NCBI GenBank assembly: GCA_036845805.1
Contig: DAIUDD010000001.1
Coordinates: 628-64,627 of the forward strand
Origin: Patescibacteria group bacterium
GTDB taxonomy: Bacteria; Patescibacteriota; Patescibacteriia; UBA2196
DNA: 64,000 nt
Direction: 5' to 3'
The position numbers and the translations under genes are program-made. Shown here piece by piece: positions 17,287-26,563 of this stretch. The notes under the pieces were generated by a model. It ran no database searches and was not told the DNA's origin. It worked only from the letters and a program-made list of their open reading frames with translations. The stretch's first letter is position 1, and each line of letters begins with the position of its first letter.

Positions 17287-19422
17287 ATGAAAAAGTTTTT
17301 GTTGTTTTTTGCGGTTGTACTGGCGTTTGCTACTTTGTTGTTAGCAGCGCCTCCTGGTGGCAATTCCGGCGCCATTTGGACCACCCGCGGAGACTGCGGT
17401 GATGAAACCAAAGACGCCAATCACTACAAAATTGGTGATCATATTTTTCTCAATGGGCACCAGTTTGATCCCGGCGAGTATGAATGGGAAATAAAAGGCC
17501 AGCCGGGCAATGCTAGTTGCGATCACGGCGACGTCGTCGCGAGTGGTGCATTTACCATTAGCGAAGAAGACAGTGGCGGGTTTTGCTTCGAGGCATATAC
17601 TGTGGCCGAAGATGACTGCGGCGAATATCAAGTCAAATTCGGCAACAAAGGCGACAATTATCGGGTTGAATTGCCACCACCCCCGCCTAACCCTGCCATC
17701 GACATCGAAAAGCTGGTACAAGGTGAAGACGCCGACGTGCCCACCGGTCCTGTTGTGACCGTCGGTGCAACCGTCACGTTTTCATTCATCATCACCAACA
17801 TCGGCGATGTGCCTTTGACCAACATCGTGGTCACGGATAATATCTATGGCACGATCACCCTGCCCAAGACCAGCCTGGAGGCTGGCGAATCCATGACCGG
17901 TTCGACGACCGCAATGGCCGTCGCGGGCCAGCACACCAACACCGCCACGGTGACGGGCAACTACGAAGCGCAGACCGTGACGGACGCGGATCCCGCCAAC
18001 TACTGGGGCGAAACAATGATCGAGCACCATCCTGGCATCGACCTCGAGAAACTGGTACAGGGTGAGGATGCGGATACGCCCACCGGCCCGAATGTGACAG
18101 TTGGCGCCATGGTAACCTTCCAGTTCGTTGTCACCAACACCGGCGATGTGCCGTTGACCAACATTGTGGTCACGGATGATGTCTATGGTACGATAACCAT
18201 GCCAAAGAGCAGTCTGGCTGTGGGTGAATCCATGACCGGCTCGACTGCCGCGGTGGCCGTCGCAGGCCAGCACACCAATATGGCAACCGTCACTGGTAAT
18301 TATGAAACACAAACCGTGACGGATCAGGACCCAGGTAATTACTGGGGAGAGACAAAGCGGCTGCCCCTTGGGGTACACGTGGAGTGCGTGGACAAATATG
18401 TTTTCCGTGATACATATCGGGTACACTTTATTGTTAATAACGCAAACCCGTATGAAGTTCAAATTGGGCTCGGAGCATTTAACAATATTGCTCCAATTGA
18501 GTATGATGGAAAACAGCCAACATCTTTTGGGCCAGGCAAAACCGAATATTTTCTTGAGGTGCCCAATGATGTTTTAGTGAGCTGGTTTCTCGATGTTGAT
18601 TTTGCCATGGCATCAAGAAACTCGGAAATCTGCAAATACGCCGGTACCGACGATGTTGTTGTCGCCGGAATCGGTGTGTATAAAGACGTCAATACAAATG
18701 GTCTATACGATGTCGGGGAGGATTGGATAGAGGCTGATGACCGTGGATTCATGGCTGAGGTTTACATGATTAACGCTTGGACAGGCGAGGTCGTTGGTTC
18801 ACATGCATTGTCTCCGACATTGTTCTTCCGTGCTGGGCGGTATGTTAATTACAGTTTCCGCCAAAAATGGGGCGAGTTTTATATTTTGGCGAAAACTAAA
18901 ATGCCGACCCCATCAGGATATAGGCTTTATCCAAATTACCGAGTCGTGCGCACCAGCGAGTTTCCGGAGCCGTTTTACTCGCTGGAAAATGATTTCGGCC
19001 TAGTGCCGGAATCATTTGAAGGTCCGCTGGACGGCCCATACTTGCCGATGTTGGCGGAATATTTGCCAGCGAGCGCAACTTTGGCTTATCGGGCGCAGTC
19101 ACAGCAGGCTAAGGGTAAGCTGAAAACCGAAGAAGGGATTGGGATCGCGGCTTTGCCCACCGAATTCCAACTGGAGCAGAACTATCCCAACCCGTTCAAT
19201 CCGACCACTACGATCGCCTATGATCTGCCGGCAAGCGGCCAGGTGACGTTGAAGATTTACGATGTATCCGGCCGTGAGGTTGCTGCGCTGGTGAATGAAC
19301 AGCAGCCCGCCGGCCACTACTCGGTCACCTGGCGTGCCGATCACCTCGCCAGTGGCATTTATTTCTATTGCCTCCAGGCCGGGTCGTTCAGTCAGACCAA
19401 ACGTCTGGTTCTAACTAAATAA
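17287..19422 (+). CDS. Secreted protein with two DUF11/conserved-repeat domains and a T9SS C-terminal sorting domain (Por_Secre_tail), GC-rich
   Basis: Signal peptide MKKFLLFFAVVLAFATLLLA. Two tandem repeats at about 80% identity (IDIEKLVQGEDADVPTGP...TNIVVTD). C-terminus NYPNPFNPTTTIAYDLPASGQVTLKIYDVSGREVAALVNEQQPAGHYSVTWRA..ASGIYFYCLQAGSFSQTKRLVLTK matches the type-A T9SS CTD. Confidence 0.75.
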   Translation: MKKFLLFFAVVLAFATLLLAAPPGGNSGAIWTTRGDCGDETKDANHYKIGDHIFLNGHQFDPGEYEWEIKGQPGNASCDHGDVVASGAFTISEEDSGGFCFEAYTVAEDDCGEYQVKFGNKGDNYRVELPPPPPNPAIDIEKLVQGEDADVPTGPVVTVGATVTFSFIITNIGDVPLTNIVVTDNIYGTITLPKTSLEAGESMTGSTTAMAVAGQHTNTATVTGNYEAQTVTDADPANYWGETMIEHHPGIDLEKLVQGEDADTPTGPNVTVGAMVTFQFVVTNTGDVPLTNIVVTDDVYGTITMPKSSLAVGESMTGSTAAVAVAGQHTNMATVTGNYETQTVTDQDPGNYWGETKRLPLGVHVECVDKYVFRDTYRVHFIVNNANPYEVQIGLGAFNNIAPIEYDGKQPTSFGPGKTEYFLEVPNDVLVSWFLDVDFAMASRNSEICKYAGTDDVVVAGIGVYKDVNTNGLYDVGEDWIEADDRGFMAEVYMINAWTGEVVGSHALSPTLFFRAGRYVNYSFRQKWGEFYILAKTKMPTPSGYRLYPNYRVVRTSEFPEPFYSLENDFGLVPESFEGPLDGPYLPMLAEYLPASATLAYRAQSQQAKGKLKTEEGIGIAALPTEFQLEQNYPNPFNPTTTIAYDLPASGQVTLKIYDVSGREVAALVNEQQPAGHYSVTWRADHLASGIYFYCLQAGSFSQTKRLVLTK

Positions 19423-19468
19423 AATAACAAATCGTCTTTTGGAGGAAAGACGATTACATCTCATTAAG

Positions 19469-19505
19469 CCCGCGGACTTTGTCTTGCGGGCTTTTTATTT
19501 TTAGT
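19469..19505 (+). terminator. Intrinsic terminator
   Basis: agcccgcggactttgtcttgcgggcttttt. Confidence 0.6.
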
Positions 19506-19544
19506 TTCTGATTCCTGTTTATTTTGTTATAATAACAACAACAT

Positions 19545-20978
19545 ATGTTTAATTTAAAAACAGAACAACCGCTTAGCAAATTAGCCTTAATTATTCTTAT
19601 TGGCTTTTTTTTATTATCTCACTTTTATTTCGCCCTCATGTATGAGACGCCGGGTAGCGACACCTATATTTATGGCACTTACGCGCTGTGTTGGTATCAG
19701 TCATTGGGCGCTAATCAGTCTGTTTATGAAATTAATGAAAAACCAATTGAGTACCCACCGTTGTCTGTGCTCTGGATGTCTTTGCCTGCAGTTTTTATTA
19801 ACCAACCGACTTTTGTCGCTTCAGAATTTTTGGCTCAAAATCCGTCCTTGGTTGATTGGCATTCTATTTTTAAATTTTGGTATTGGCTTTTTGACGTTTT
19901 TATTTTCTTAATTGTTTTATTGCTTTTTAAAAAACCTCATAAATTTTTAAAAATCGAACCGCCTAATTTAATCTTATTTATTATTTTTGGTTTGTTATTA
20001 TTAAATTTTCTTTATGATCGCCTTGATTTTTGGCTGGCGGGTTTAATTTTTTTGGCCTTTATTGCCCTTATTAGCCGCCAAACTTATTGGCTGTCATTTT
20101 TTTTATTAGCAATCGCTATTAATTTTAAACTCATTCCAATTTTTTTAGCTCCCATTTTTCTCATTGGCTCTTTGCCGCTTGAATATTTTAAAAATTTTTC
20201 TGCTAATTTTTTTGATCAAAAAATTTGGCTGGCGCTTTTTAAGCGCGGTCTGGTTTTAGTTATTTTAACTGCAGTTATTTTTCTGCCTTTTTATTTCTAT
20301 GATTCAAATCATGTGTTTGATTTTTTTACCTATCATCAAAGCCGCGGCTTGCAATTAGAGTCTTTTTTTAGCTCTTTGCTTTTAATTGGTTCTTGGTTTA
20401 ATGTGCCGCTCCACATTTATCACGATTTTGGCGCCTATAATCTACAAGCGCCCGGCGTTTCTTTTTTGGCCAAGATTTCTTTGCCACTAATTTGTTTTTT
20501 GGTTTTGGTTCTGGCTTGGCGGTTTTTATTGTCTTTTAAAAAAATATTTTCAAAAATTAATGTTTTTTCTTTTGGGAAAGCCCACCATCTGGCTCAATTT
20601 CAGCCGCAAATATTTTTAAAACTGGTTATTGTTGTCCTGCTGGTGGTTATGATTTTTTCCAAAGTCCTTTCCCCTCAATATTTGTTGTGGCTGGTGCCGC
20701 TCTATCCTTTTTTGGCTGTTAAAAACAAAGATAACGTTTTAGCCCTTATCTTCTTCATTTTTTCTCTTTTTTTAACCAATCTAATTTATCCCTATCTTTA
20801 TTCCTATTTTATCCACGGCCAAATTTTATTAGCGAGTGGCGTTACTATTTGGAGCAGCCCCACCACCACGGCCATTATTGTTTTATTAGCTCGCAATATT
20901 TTACTTATCATTACCGCCCTTTTTTTAATTAAAAGTATTTCTAAAGATATTAAAAACATTAACCATCTTGCTAATTAA
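19545..20978 (+). CDS. Polytopic membrane protein, putative GT-C type glycosyltransferase (DUF2029/GT87-like)
   Basis: 477 aa with more than 10 TM helices and no soluble domain. The family call is tentative. Confidence 0.35.
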   Translation: MFNLKTEQPLSKLALIILIGFFLLSHFYFALMYETPGSDTYIYGTYALCWYQSLGANQSVYEINEKPIEYPPLSVLWMSLPAVFINQPTFVASEFLAQNPSLVDWHSIFKFWYWLFDVFIFLIVLLLFKKPHKFLKIEPPNLILFIIFGLLLLNFLYDRLDFWLAGLIFLAFIALISRQTYWLSFFLLAIAINFKLIPIFLAPIFLIGSLPLEYFKNFSANFFDQKIWLALFKRGLVLVILTAVIFLPFYFYDSNHVFDFFTYHQSRGLQLESFFSSLLLIGSWFNVPLHIYHDFGAYNLQAPGVSFLAKISLPLICFLVLVLAWRFLLSFKKIFSKINVFSFGKAHHLAQFQPQIFLKLVIVVLLVVMIFSKVLSPQYLLWLVPLYPFLAVKNKDNVLALIFFIFSLFLTNLIYPYLYSYFIHGQILLASGVTIWSSPTTTAIIVLLARNILLIITALFLIKSISKDIKNINHLAN

Positions 20979-21020
20979 TATTTTTTTCTTTATTTTTTAT
21001 TACTTATTATTATTTATCCT

Positions 21021-21245
21021 ATGCTTCTTAATATTAAAGTCATTCCTAAATCCAGTCTTAACCAAGTCATTAAACAAACTGATGGCAGTTATAAAATTAA
21101 AATTACTACTGCTCCAGAGCAGGGGAGGGCCAATAAAAAAGTTATTGCTCTTTTGGCCAAAGAATTGAAAGTTTCCAAATCTTCCCTAGAAATTGTTCAA
21201 GGCTTGACTAGCCGAAATAAATTAGTTAAAATAAATAATAATTAA
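21021..21245 (+). CDS. YggU/DUF167 family protein
   Basis: LNIKVIPKSSLNQV...KIKITTAPEQGRANKKVIALLAKELKVSKSSLEIVQGLTSRNKLVKI matches UPF0235. Confidence 0.7.
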   Translation: MLLNIKVIPKSSLNQVIKQTDGSYKIKITTAPEQGRANKKVIALLAKELKVSKSSLEIVQGLTSRNKLVKINNN

Positions 21246-21298
21246 AAATAAACATTAATTTTGATTTTTGATTTTTAAATTTTGAATTTAATTTTATT

Positions 21299-21373
21299 GC
21301 GGGTATCGTATAATAGTTATTATGCGTCCTTGCCAAGGACGAGAAACGGGTGCGATTCCCGTTACCCGCTCCA
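21299..21373 (+). tRNA. Candidate tRNA-Gly (anticodon GCC), atypical D- and T-loops, CCA encoded
   Basis: Acceptor GCGGGTA/TACCCGC, anticodon stem CGTCC/GGACG, loop TTGCCAA, T-stem ACGGG/CCCGT, terminal TCCA. The D-stem has only 3 bp, and positions G19 and U55 are non-canonical. Confidence 0.5.
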
Positions 21374-21444
21374 AGAAATCATCTGTTTTTGCAGGTGGTT
21401 TTTTGTTTTTATCAAAAAATCAAAAATATCAATAAAAAAAGGGC

Positions 21445-21600
21445 GATGCTAAGCATCACCCTCGACGACTTTTGGTGTTACTAAATCACCTCAGCCAACT
21501 TCACCCGGGCTTTAGTGATTTCCAGCTCCTTCGTTGTGGTTCAACAACGCAGTAGCTACGGTCGCCAAATTTTGGGCAATCAAGTGAGCCTCCTTTGTTT
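21445..21600 (-). ncRNA. GC-rich structured transcript on minus strand (possible small ORF of 23 aa plus structured 3' part), unknown function
   Basis: On the minus strand, aaaggagg-5nt-TTG opens a 23-codon ORF. Hairpins aaatcac/gtgattt and cgttgttg/cacaacg follow. Terminator gggtgatgcttagcatcgccc plus T7 at the 21441 end. Confidence 0.3.
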
Positions 21601-21724
21601 GGTTAATTTAACTATATTACTTTTTAAAAAATAACGCAAGTATTTATTCGCAAGCGTTTATGTTTTTTATTTGACATTTCTTTATTTTTTCCATAAAATA
21701 AAAACAGTTTAAAAAATATTTTCT

Positions 21725-21808
21725 GCCCAGGTGGTGAAACTGGTATACACTCAAGACTTAAAATCTTGCGGTCGCAAGACCATGCGGGTTCGACCCCCGC
21801 CCTGGGCA
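21725..21808 (+). tRNA. tRNA-Leu (anticodon TAA), long variable arm, no encoded CCA
   Basis: GCCCAGG...CCTGGGCA, anticodon loop CTTAAAA, variable stem GGTC/GACC, T-loop TTCGACC. Promoter ttgaca-17-taaaat at 21671-21699. Confidence 0.85.
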
Positions 21809-21902
21809 AATTTAATTAGCTAATTTTATTTAGCTATTTTTATTTGCCAAAATAAGCTTTTTATTATAAAATTAAATATATTCTGTGACCAGTTATTAAT
21901 CT

Positions 21903-23321
21903 TTGATGGTTAAAAATATTATGAAAAAGACAAATCGAACCTCTTTAGAGGCAGATAAAATGGATAAATTAATTTCCTTAGCCAAACGTCGTGGCTTTAT
22001 TTTTCAGTCCTCGGAAATTTATGGCGGATTTGGCGCCTACGACTACGGTCCCTTAGGTGTGGAATTAAAAAATAATATCAAACGCGCTTGGTGGCGCATG
22101 TTTGTGACTGAACGGCCGGACATGTTTGGAGTGGATGCCGCTATTATTATGCACCCGCGTGTTTGGGAAGCTTCTGGCCACTTGAAAAATTTTTCTGACG
22201 CCCTGGTTGATTGCAAGAAATGCCACAAACGTTTTCGCGCTGACCATGTCTTGGAATTGGAAAATTTAAAACCTGGTTTTGATAAAGAAAAAAATAAAGA
22301 ACCGGAAAAAATGATTTGTCCAGAATGTGGCGGCGAATTAACAGCTGCGCGTCAGTTTAATTTAATGTTTAAAACTTTTATTGGGCCAGTTGAAGAAGAG
22401 GGCAGTGTTAGCTATCTGCGGCCAGAAACTGCTGGCGGCATTTTTACTAATTATAAAAATATCCTACAAGCCACTCGTACCAAGATTCCTTTTGGCATCG
22501 CCCAGATTGGCAAGGCTTTCCGCAATGAAATTACCACGGAAAATTATATTTTTCGCACCCGCGAATTTGAACAAATGGAAGTGGAATATTTTATTCATCC
22601 TAAAAACTGGGAAAAGAGTTTTGAGCAGTGGCAGAAACTAATGGAAGAGTGGTGCGCTTTTTTAGGCATTAAAAAAGAAAATTTAAAACTTCATGAAATT
22701 TCTGATAATGACCGCGCTTTTTATTCTAAGCGCACTATTGATTTTGAATACGAGTATCCGTTTGGGGTTAAAGAATTATATGGCTTGGCCTATCGCACTG
22801 ATTATGATTTAAGCCAGCATCAAAAATTTTCTGGCGAAGATTTAACTTATACTGATCCAGAAAGCAATGAAAAATTTTTACCGCATGTGATCGAACCATC
22901 GCTTGGTGTTGATCGCAGTGTGCTAGTGGCTTTATTAGAAGCTTATAGCGAAGTAGCAGCCCGGAGTGGGGAAGATGATGCTAAACATGAAACCGAAGTA
23001 GTTTTAAAATTGCCTTATGAACTGGCCCCAATTAAAGTCGCTATTTTGCCTTTATCTAAAAAAGAACCGCTGATTAATTTGGCTAAAGAAATTGAAAATG
23101 ATTTAAGAAAAACAGGCCTTATGATTCAATACGATGAAACCGGTTCGATTGGCAAACGTTATCGTCGTCAAGATGAAATTGGCACGCCCTTTTGTGTGAC
23201 TGTGGACTTTGACAGTTTAGAGGATAAAAAAGTGACAGTGCGTGACCGCGACACAATGCAACAAGAGCGCATCGCCATTGAAGATTTGGGAGAATGTCTA
23301 GAAAATAAATTAAGAAGCTAA
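21903..23321 (+). CDS. glyQS: Glycine--tRNA ligase (single-chain GlyQS type)
   Basis: RRGFIFQSSEIYGGFGAYDYGPLGVELK, class II motifs, and a C-terminal anticodon-binding domain. The start may be a downstream Met (MKKT or MDKL). Confidence 0.9.
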   Translation: MMVKNIMKKTNRTSLEADKMDKLISLAKRRGFIFQSSEIYGGFGAYDYGPLGVELKNNIKRAWWRMFVTERPDMFGVDAAIIMHPRVWEASGHLKNFSDALVDCKKCHKRFRADHVLELENLKPGFDKEKNKEPEKMICPECGGELTAARQFNLMFKTFIGPVEEEGSVSYLRPETAGGIFTNYKNILQATRTKIPFGIAQIGKAFRNEITTENYIFRTREFEQMEVEYFIHPKNWEKSFEQWQKLMEEWCAFLGIKKENLKLHEISDNDRAFYSKRTIDFEYEYPFGVKELYGLAYRTDYDLSQHQKFSGEDLTYTDPESNEKFLPHVIEPSLGVDRSVLVALLEAYSEVAARSGEDDAKHETEVVLKLPYELAPIKVAILPLSKKEPLINLAKEIENDLRKTGLMIQYDETGSIGKRYRRQDEIGTPFCVTVDFDSLEDKKVTVRDRDTMQQERIAIEDLGECLENKLRS

Positions 23322-23337
23322 GGGTTTTTTGTCCCCT

Positions 23338-23432
23338 CCTTTTCAAGGAGGGGCGGACTCTGATGAAATCAGAGCCGGGGAGGTTAATATATTCGCCGAT
23401 AGGCGTTTTGTCATCCCGCGTCCACGGGATCC
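23338..23432. repeat. Cluster of three hairpins: cccctccttttcaaggagggg, ctctgatgaaatcagag, gtcatcccgcgtccacgggatcc (GTCAT family)
   Basis: Perfect stems, located between the glyS stop and the true start of the next gene. The ORF-track N-terminal extension (23363) reads through them. Confidence 0.6.
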
Positions 23433-23446
23433 ATAAAATAATAAAT

Positions 23447-23944
23447 ATGCGCAAAGCTTTAATTGTGATTGATATTCAAAGAGGATTCCTAAATCCTTTA
23501 ACCAAAAACCTGCCCGCTAAAATAAAAAAATTTTTAGAGTTAAATAAAAATAATTTTAATTTAATTTTATTTACCCAATATTTCAATCGTCCTAACAGCC
23601 CCTTTGTTAAATTTTTAAATTGGCGTGGTTTTATAGATAAAAAAGAAAATGATTTGTGTGAAGAAATAAAACCATTAATCAATAAAAATAATTTATTTAA
23701 GAAATATACTTATAGCAGTTTTGTGGATAATAAATTATTAAATATTTTAAAGAAAAATAAAATCGGCGAAGTTTATTTAATGGGCATTTCTACTGAAAAT
23801 TGCGTGCTTACTTTCTCCCGTGACGCCTTTGATCGCGGATTTAAAGTGGTGGTTTTAAAAAATTATTGCGCCAGCGCTGATAGTAAAAAACTACACCAAG
23901 CCGCCCTAGAAATCATCAAAAACAATATCGGACAAGTAAAATAA
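23447..23944 (+). CDS. Isochorismatase-family cysteine hydrolase
   Basis: MRKALIVIDIQRGF... and ISTENCV in an alpha/beta fold typical of the family. Confidence 0.6.
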   Translation: MRKALIVIDIQRGFLNPLTKNLPAKIKKFLELNKNNFNLILFTQYFNRPNSPFVKFLNWRGFIDKKENDLCEEIKPLINKNNLFKKYTYSSFVDNKLLNILKKNKIGEVYLMGISTENCVLTFSRDAFDRGFKVVVLKNYCASADSKKLHQAALEIIKNNIGQVK

Positions 23945-23996
23945 TTTTTAATATACTTTTTTACCAATTACTTATTACCAATTACATATTACACAC

Positions 23997-25262
23997 ATGC
24001 AAAAATATACTTTAAAAAACGGCACGCGCGTTATTTTAACCCCCCAAAAAGAAACCCAAGCGGTAACTGTTTTAGTTTTGTATGGGGTTGGCTCTCGTTA
24101 TGAAAGCGAAGAGGTGGCTGGCATCTCACATTTTTTAGAGCACATGATGTTTAAAGGCACTACTCGCCGGCCAAACACCTTGGCTTTGTCCAAAGAATTA
24201 GATCAAGTCGGCGCGCAATTCAATGCTTTCACTGGCAAAGATCACACGGGTTATTGGATTAAGGTGAATGGCGAGCATTTAGAATTGGCTTTGGATATGC
24301 TTTCTGATATGTTGTACAATTCCAAATTAGAAACTACTGAAATTGAACGGGAAAAAGGCACGATTATTGAAGAAATTAATATGTATGAAGATACACCCAT
24401 GCGTCACGTGGAAACATTATTGGAAGAAATAGTTTTTAAGGGTAATTTTTTGGGGCGCGATATTGCCGGTTCTAAAAAATCCGTCAAAAATACCACTCGT
24501 GAAAAAATGTTGGCTTATTTAAAAAACCACTACACTCCTTTAAATTGTGTTATTAGTATCGCCGGTAATTTAAATTTAGCACTTACTAAAAAAATGTTAC
24601 TTAAATATTTTGGCCAGCGCGCCAATCGCGATGAAAAAAATAAATTTTTACCTTTTGTTAGTTCACAAAAAAAACCGCAGCTTAAATTACAATATAAAAA
24701 AACTGAGCAAGTCCATCTAACTTTTGGGTTTCTGGGCCCCCAATTAAATGATCACGATTTAGTCGCCGCTCAATTATTGTCTGTCATTCTTGGCGGTTCG
24801 ATGAGTTCGCGTCTGTTTATTAATATTCGCGAGCGCCACGGGCTTTGTTATTATATCCGCGCCACCCATGATGCTCTTGAAGATACTGGTCTTTTTACTA
24901 TTGCTGCTGGTTTAGATAAAAAAAGAATTAACCAAGCCATTACTCTAATTTTGAAAGAAGTTCAGTTGATAAAAAACAAAGGGATCACACCTGCCGAACT
25001 AAATAAAGCCCAAGAATTTTTAAAAGGGCACTTGATTTTAGAAATGGAAGATTCGGCTAATGTTTCCGAGTGGTACGCCCGTCAAGAATTATTTTTAAAT
25101 AAATCCAAGACTCCGGAACAGAAAATCAAAGAAGTCATGGCGGTTACTAAAAACCAGGTTGATTTGGTTGCAAAAAAAATTTTTAAAAATGAAAAAATTA
25201 ACTTGGCTTTAATCGGCCCTTACCAGACTACCAAAGAATTTGAAAAACTTCTTTCTCTTTAA
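23997..25262 (+). CDS. M16 family zinc peptidase (insulinase-like)
   Basis: Inverted zinc motif HFLEHMMFKGT (HxxEH), a downstream E, and a two-domain length of 421 aa. Confidence 0.85.
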   Translation: MQKYTLKNGTRVILTPQKETQAVTVLVLYGVGSRYESEEVAGISHFLEHMMFKGTTRRPNTLALSKELDQVGAQFNAFTGKDHTGYWIKVNGEHLELALDMLSDMLYNSKLETTEIEREKGTIIEEINMYEDTPMRHVETLLEEIVFKGNFLGRDIAGSKKSVKNTTREKMLAYLKNHYTPLNCVISIAGNLNLALTKKMLLKYFGQRANRDEKNKFLPFVSSQKKPQLKLQYKKTEQVHLTFGFLGPQLNDHDLVAAQLLSVILGGSMSSRLFINIRERHGLCYYIRATHDALEDTGLFTIAAGLDKKRINQAITLILKEVQLIKNKGITPAELNKAQEFLKGHLILEMEDSANVSEWYARQELFLNKSKTPEQKIKEVMAVTKNQVDLVAKKIFKNEKINLALIGPYQTTKEFEKLLSL

Positions 25263-25410
25263 ATTACAAATTTTTATTTTTCCGCGTCAGTCCGCGTTAA
25301 GTCAGCGTATGTCAGCGATAAAATCGTTTTTATCGCAAACTGACATGGACAACACACTAAACTACGCAGAAAAAATATTTTTTATATTTTAAAATTAAAT
25401 TTTAAATTTT

Positions 25411-26454
25411 ATGACTTCTAACTCCCATGCTCCCGTGTCCTACGTGTCCATCATTCGGGTGATGGCGGTGATTTTGGGTTTATTTTTTCTTTATTTGATT
25501 CGTGAGGTTGTGGCATTAGTTTTTATTTCGGTCGTGGCCGCTGCCGCGCTTGATCCCTTTGTTGATTATCTGCAAAAACATAAAGTGCCTCGAGCCTTGT
25601 CCATCGTGATGATTTATTTGGTTGTTTTATCTCTTTTTAGTATTGTGGTTGTTTTGCTTATTCCTCCTGTGTCCGAACAGGTTGGTCAATTGGCTCGCAA
25701 TTTGCCGGCCTATTATGAAAAAGTGGCTTTGGGTTTCAATAGTTTACGTGATGGCACTAATACTGACGTACCCGCCACACTGCCGGAAGCTTTATCTGGC
25801 TTAAGCACCAATTTAGCCTCTGCCACCAGTGGTTTGTTTTCTACCCTAACCGGAATTTTTGGCGGTTTAATTTCTTTTTTGTCATTTTTGGTTATTACTT
25901 TTTACTTATTAGTGCAAAAAGACGGTTTAAAATTTTTCCTTCGTTATTTAGCTCCGCCGCAACATCAGGATTATATCATGGGCTTAATTGATCGTGTCGA
26001 AAAAAGAGTAGGTATGTGGCTTCGTGGGCAATTGATTTTGTGCTTGATCGTGGGTTTGGCTGTTTATCTCGGTTTAACAATTTTGGGCGTTAAATATGCA
26101 TTATTGTTAGGCGTCATTGCCGCCTTAACCGAAATTATTCCCTATGTCGGTCCTTTTATTGGCGCCATCCCTGGTATTTTTATTGCTTTTTCTGATTCCT
26201 TAACTAAAGTGATTTTAGTGGTCGTCGTTTATTTTATTGTGCAGCAGTTAGAAAATTATGTTTTAACCCCACGGGTGATGCAGCGCACCACCGGATTAAA
26301 TGCCGTGGTGGTAATGGTTGGAATTTTAATTGGTGCCAAACTTGGTGGCATTGTCGGCGCCCTTTTGGCCGTGCCAGTTATTTCTATGGCCGAGGTTATT
26401 TTATTAGATATTTTTCCCCATTGGCGCCAACTGCAAGCAGAAAAAACAAAATAA
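25411..26454 (+). CDS. AI-2E family transporter (PerM/UPF0118)
   Basis: 347 aa with about 8 TM helices and the characteristic Gly-rich C-terminal helices. Confidence 0.6.
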   Translation: MTSNSHAPVSYVSIIRVMAVILGLFFLYLIREVVALVFISVVAAAALDPFVDYLQKHKVPRALSIVMIYLVVLSLFSIVVVLLIPPVSEQVGQLARNLPAYYEKVALGFNSLRDGTNTDVPATLPEALSGLSTNLASATSGLFSTLTGIFGGLISFLSFLVITFYLLVQKDGLKFFLRYLAPPQHQDYIMGLIDRVEKRVGMWLRGQLILCLIVGLAVYLGLTILGVKYALLLGVIAALTEIIPYVGPFIGAIPGIFIAFSDSLTKVILVVVVYFIVQQLENYVLTPRVMQRTTGLNAVVVMVGILIGAKLGGIVGALLAVPVISMAEVILLDIFPHWRQLQAEKTK

Positions 26455-26563
26455 AATTTTATACAAAATTTGAATGTTAATTATTTTTAATTATTAAATG
26501 TTTTAATGTTTTTTTATTTTTTTCCATAATTCATAATTCTTAATTTATAATTCACGGCTTTCT

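Noticed and set aside
17782-18462. 226-aa minus-strand ORF antisense to the T9SS-CTD gene (and other long antisense ORFs at 13727-14194, 3786-4112, 9149-9511)
   Set aside because: These are open frames that appear by chance in GC-rich segments. Their compositions are Arg/Gly/His-rich, they lack RBS, and they overlap strongly supported sense-strand genes.
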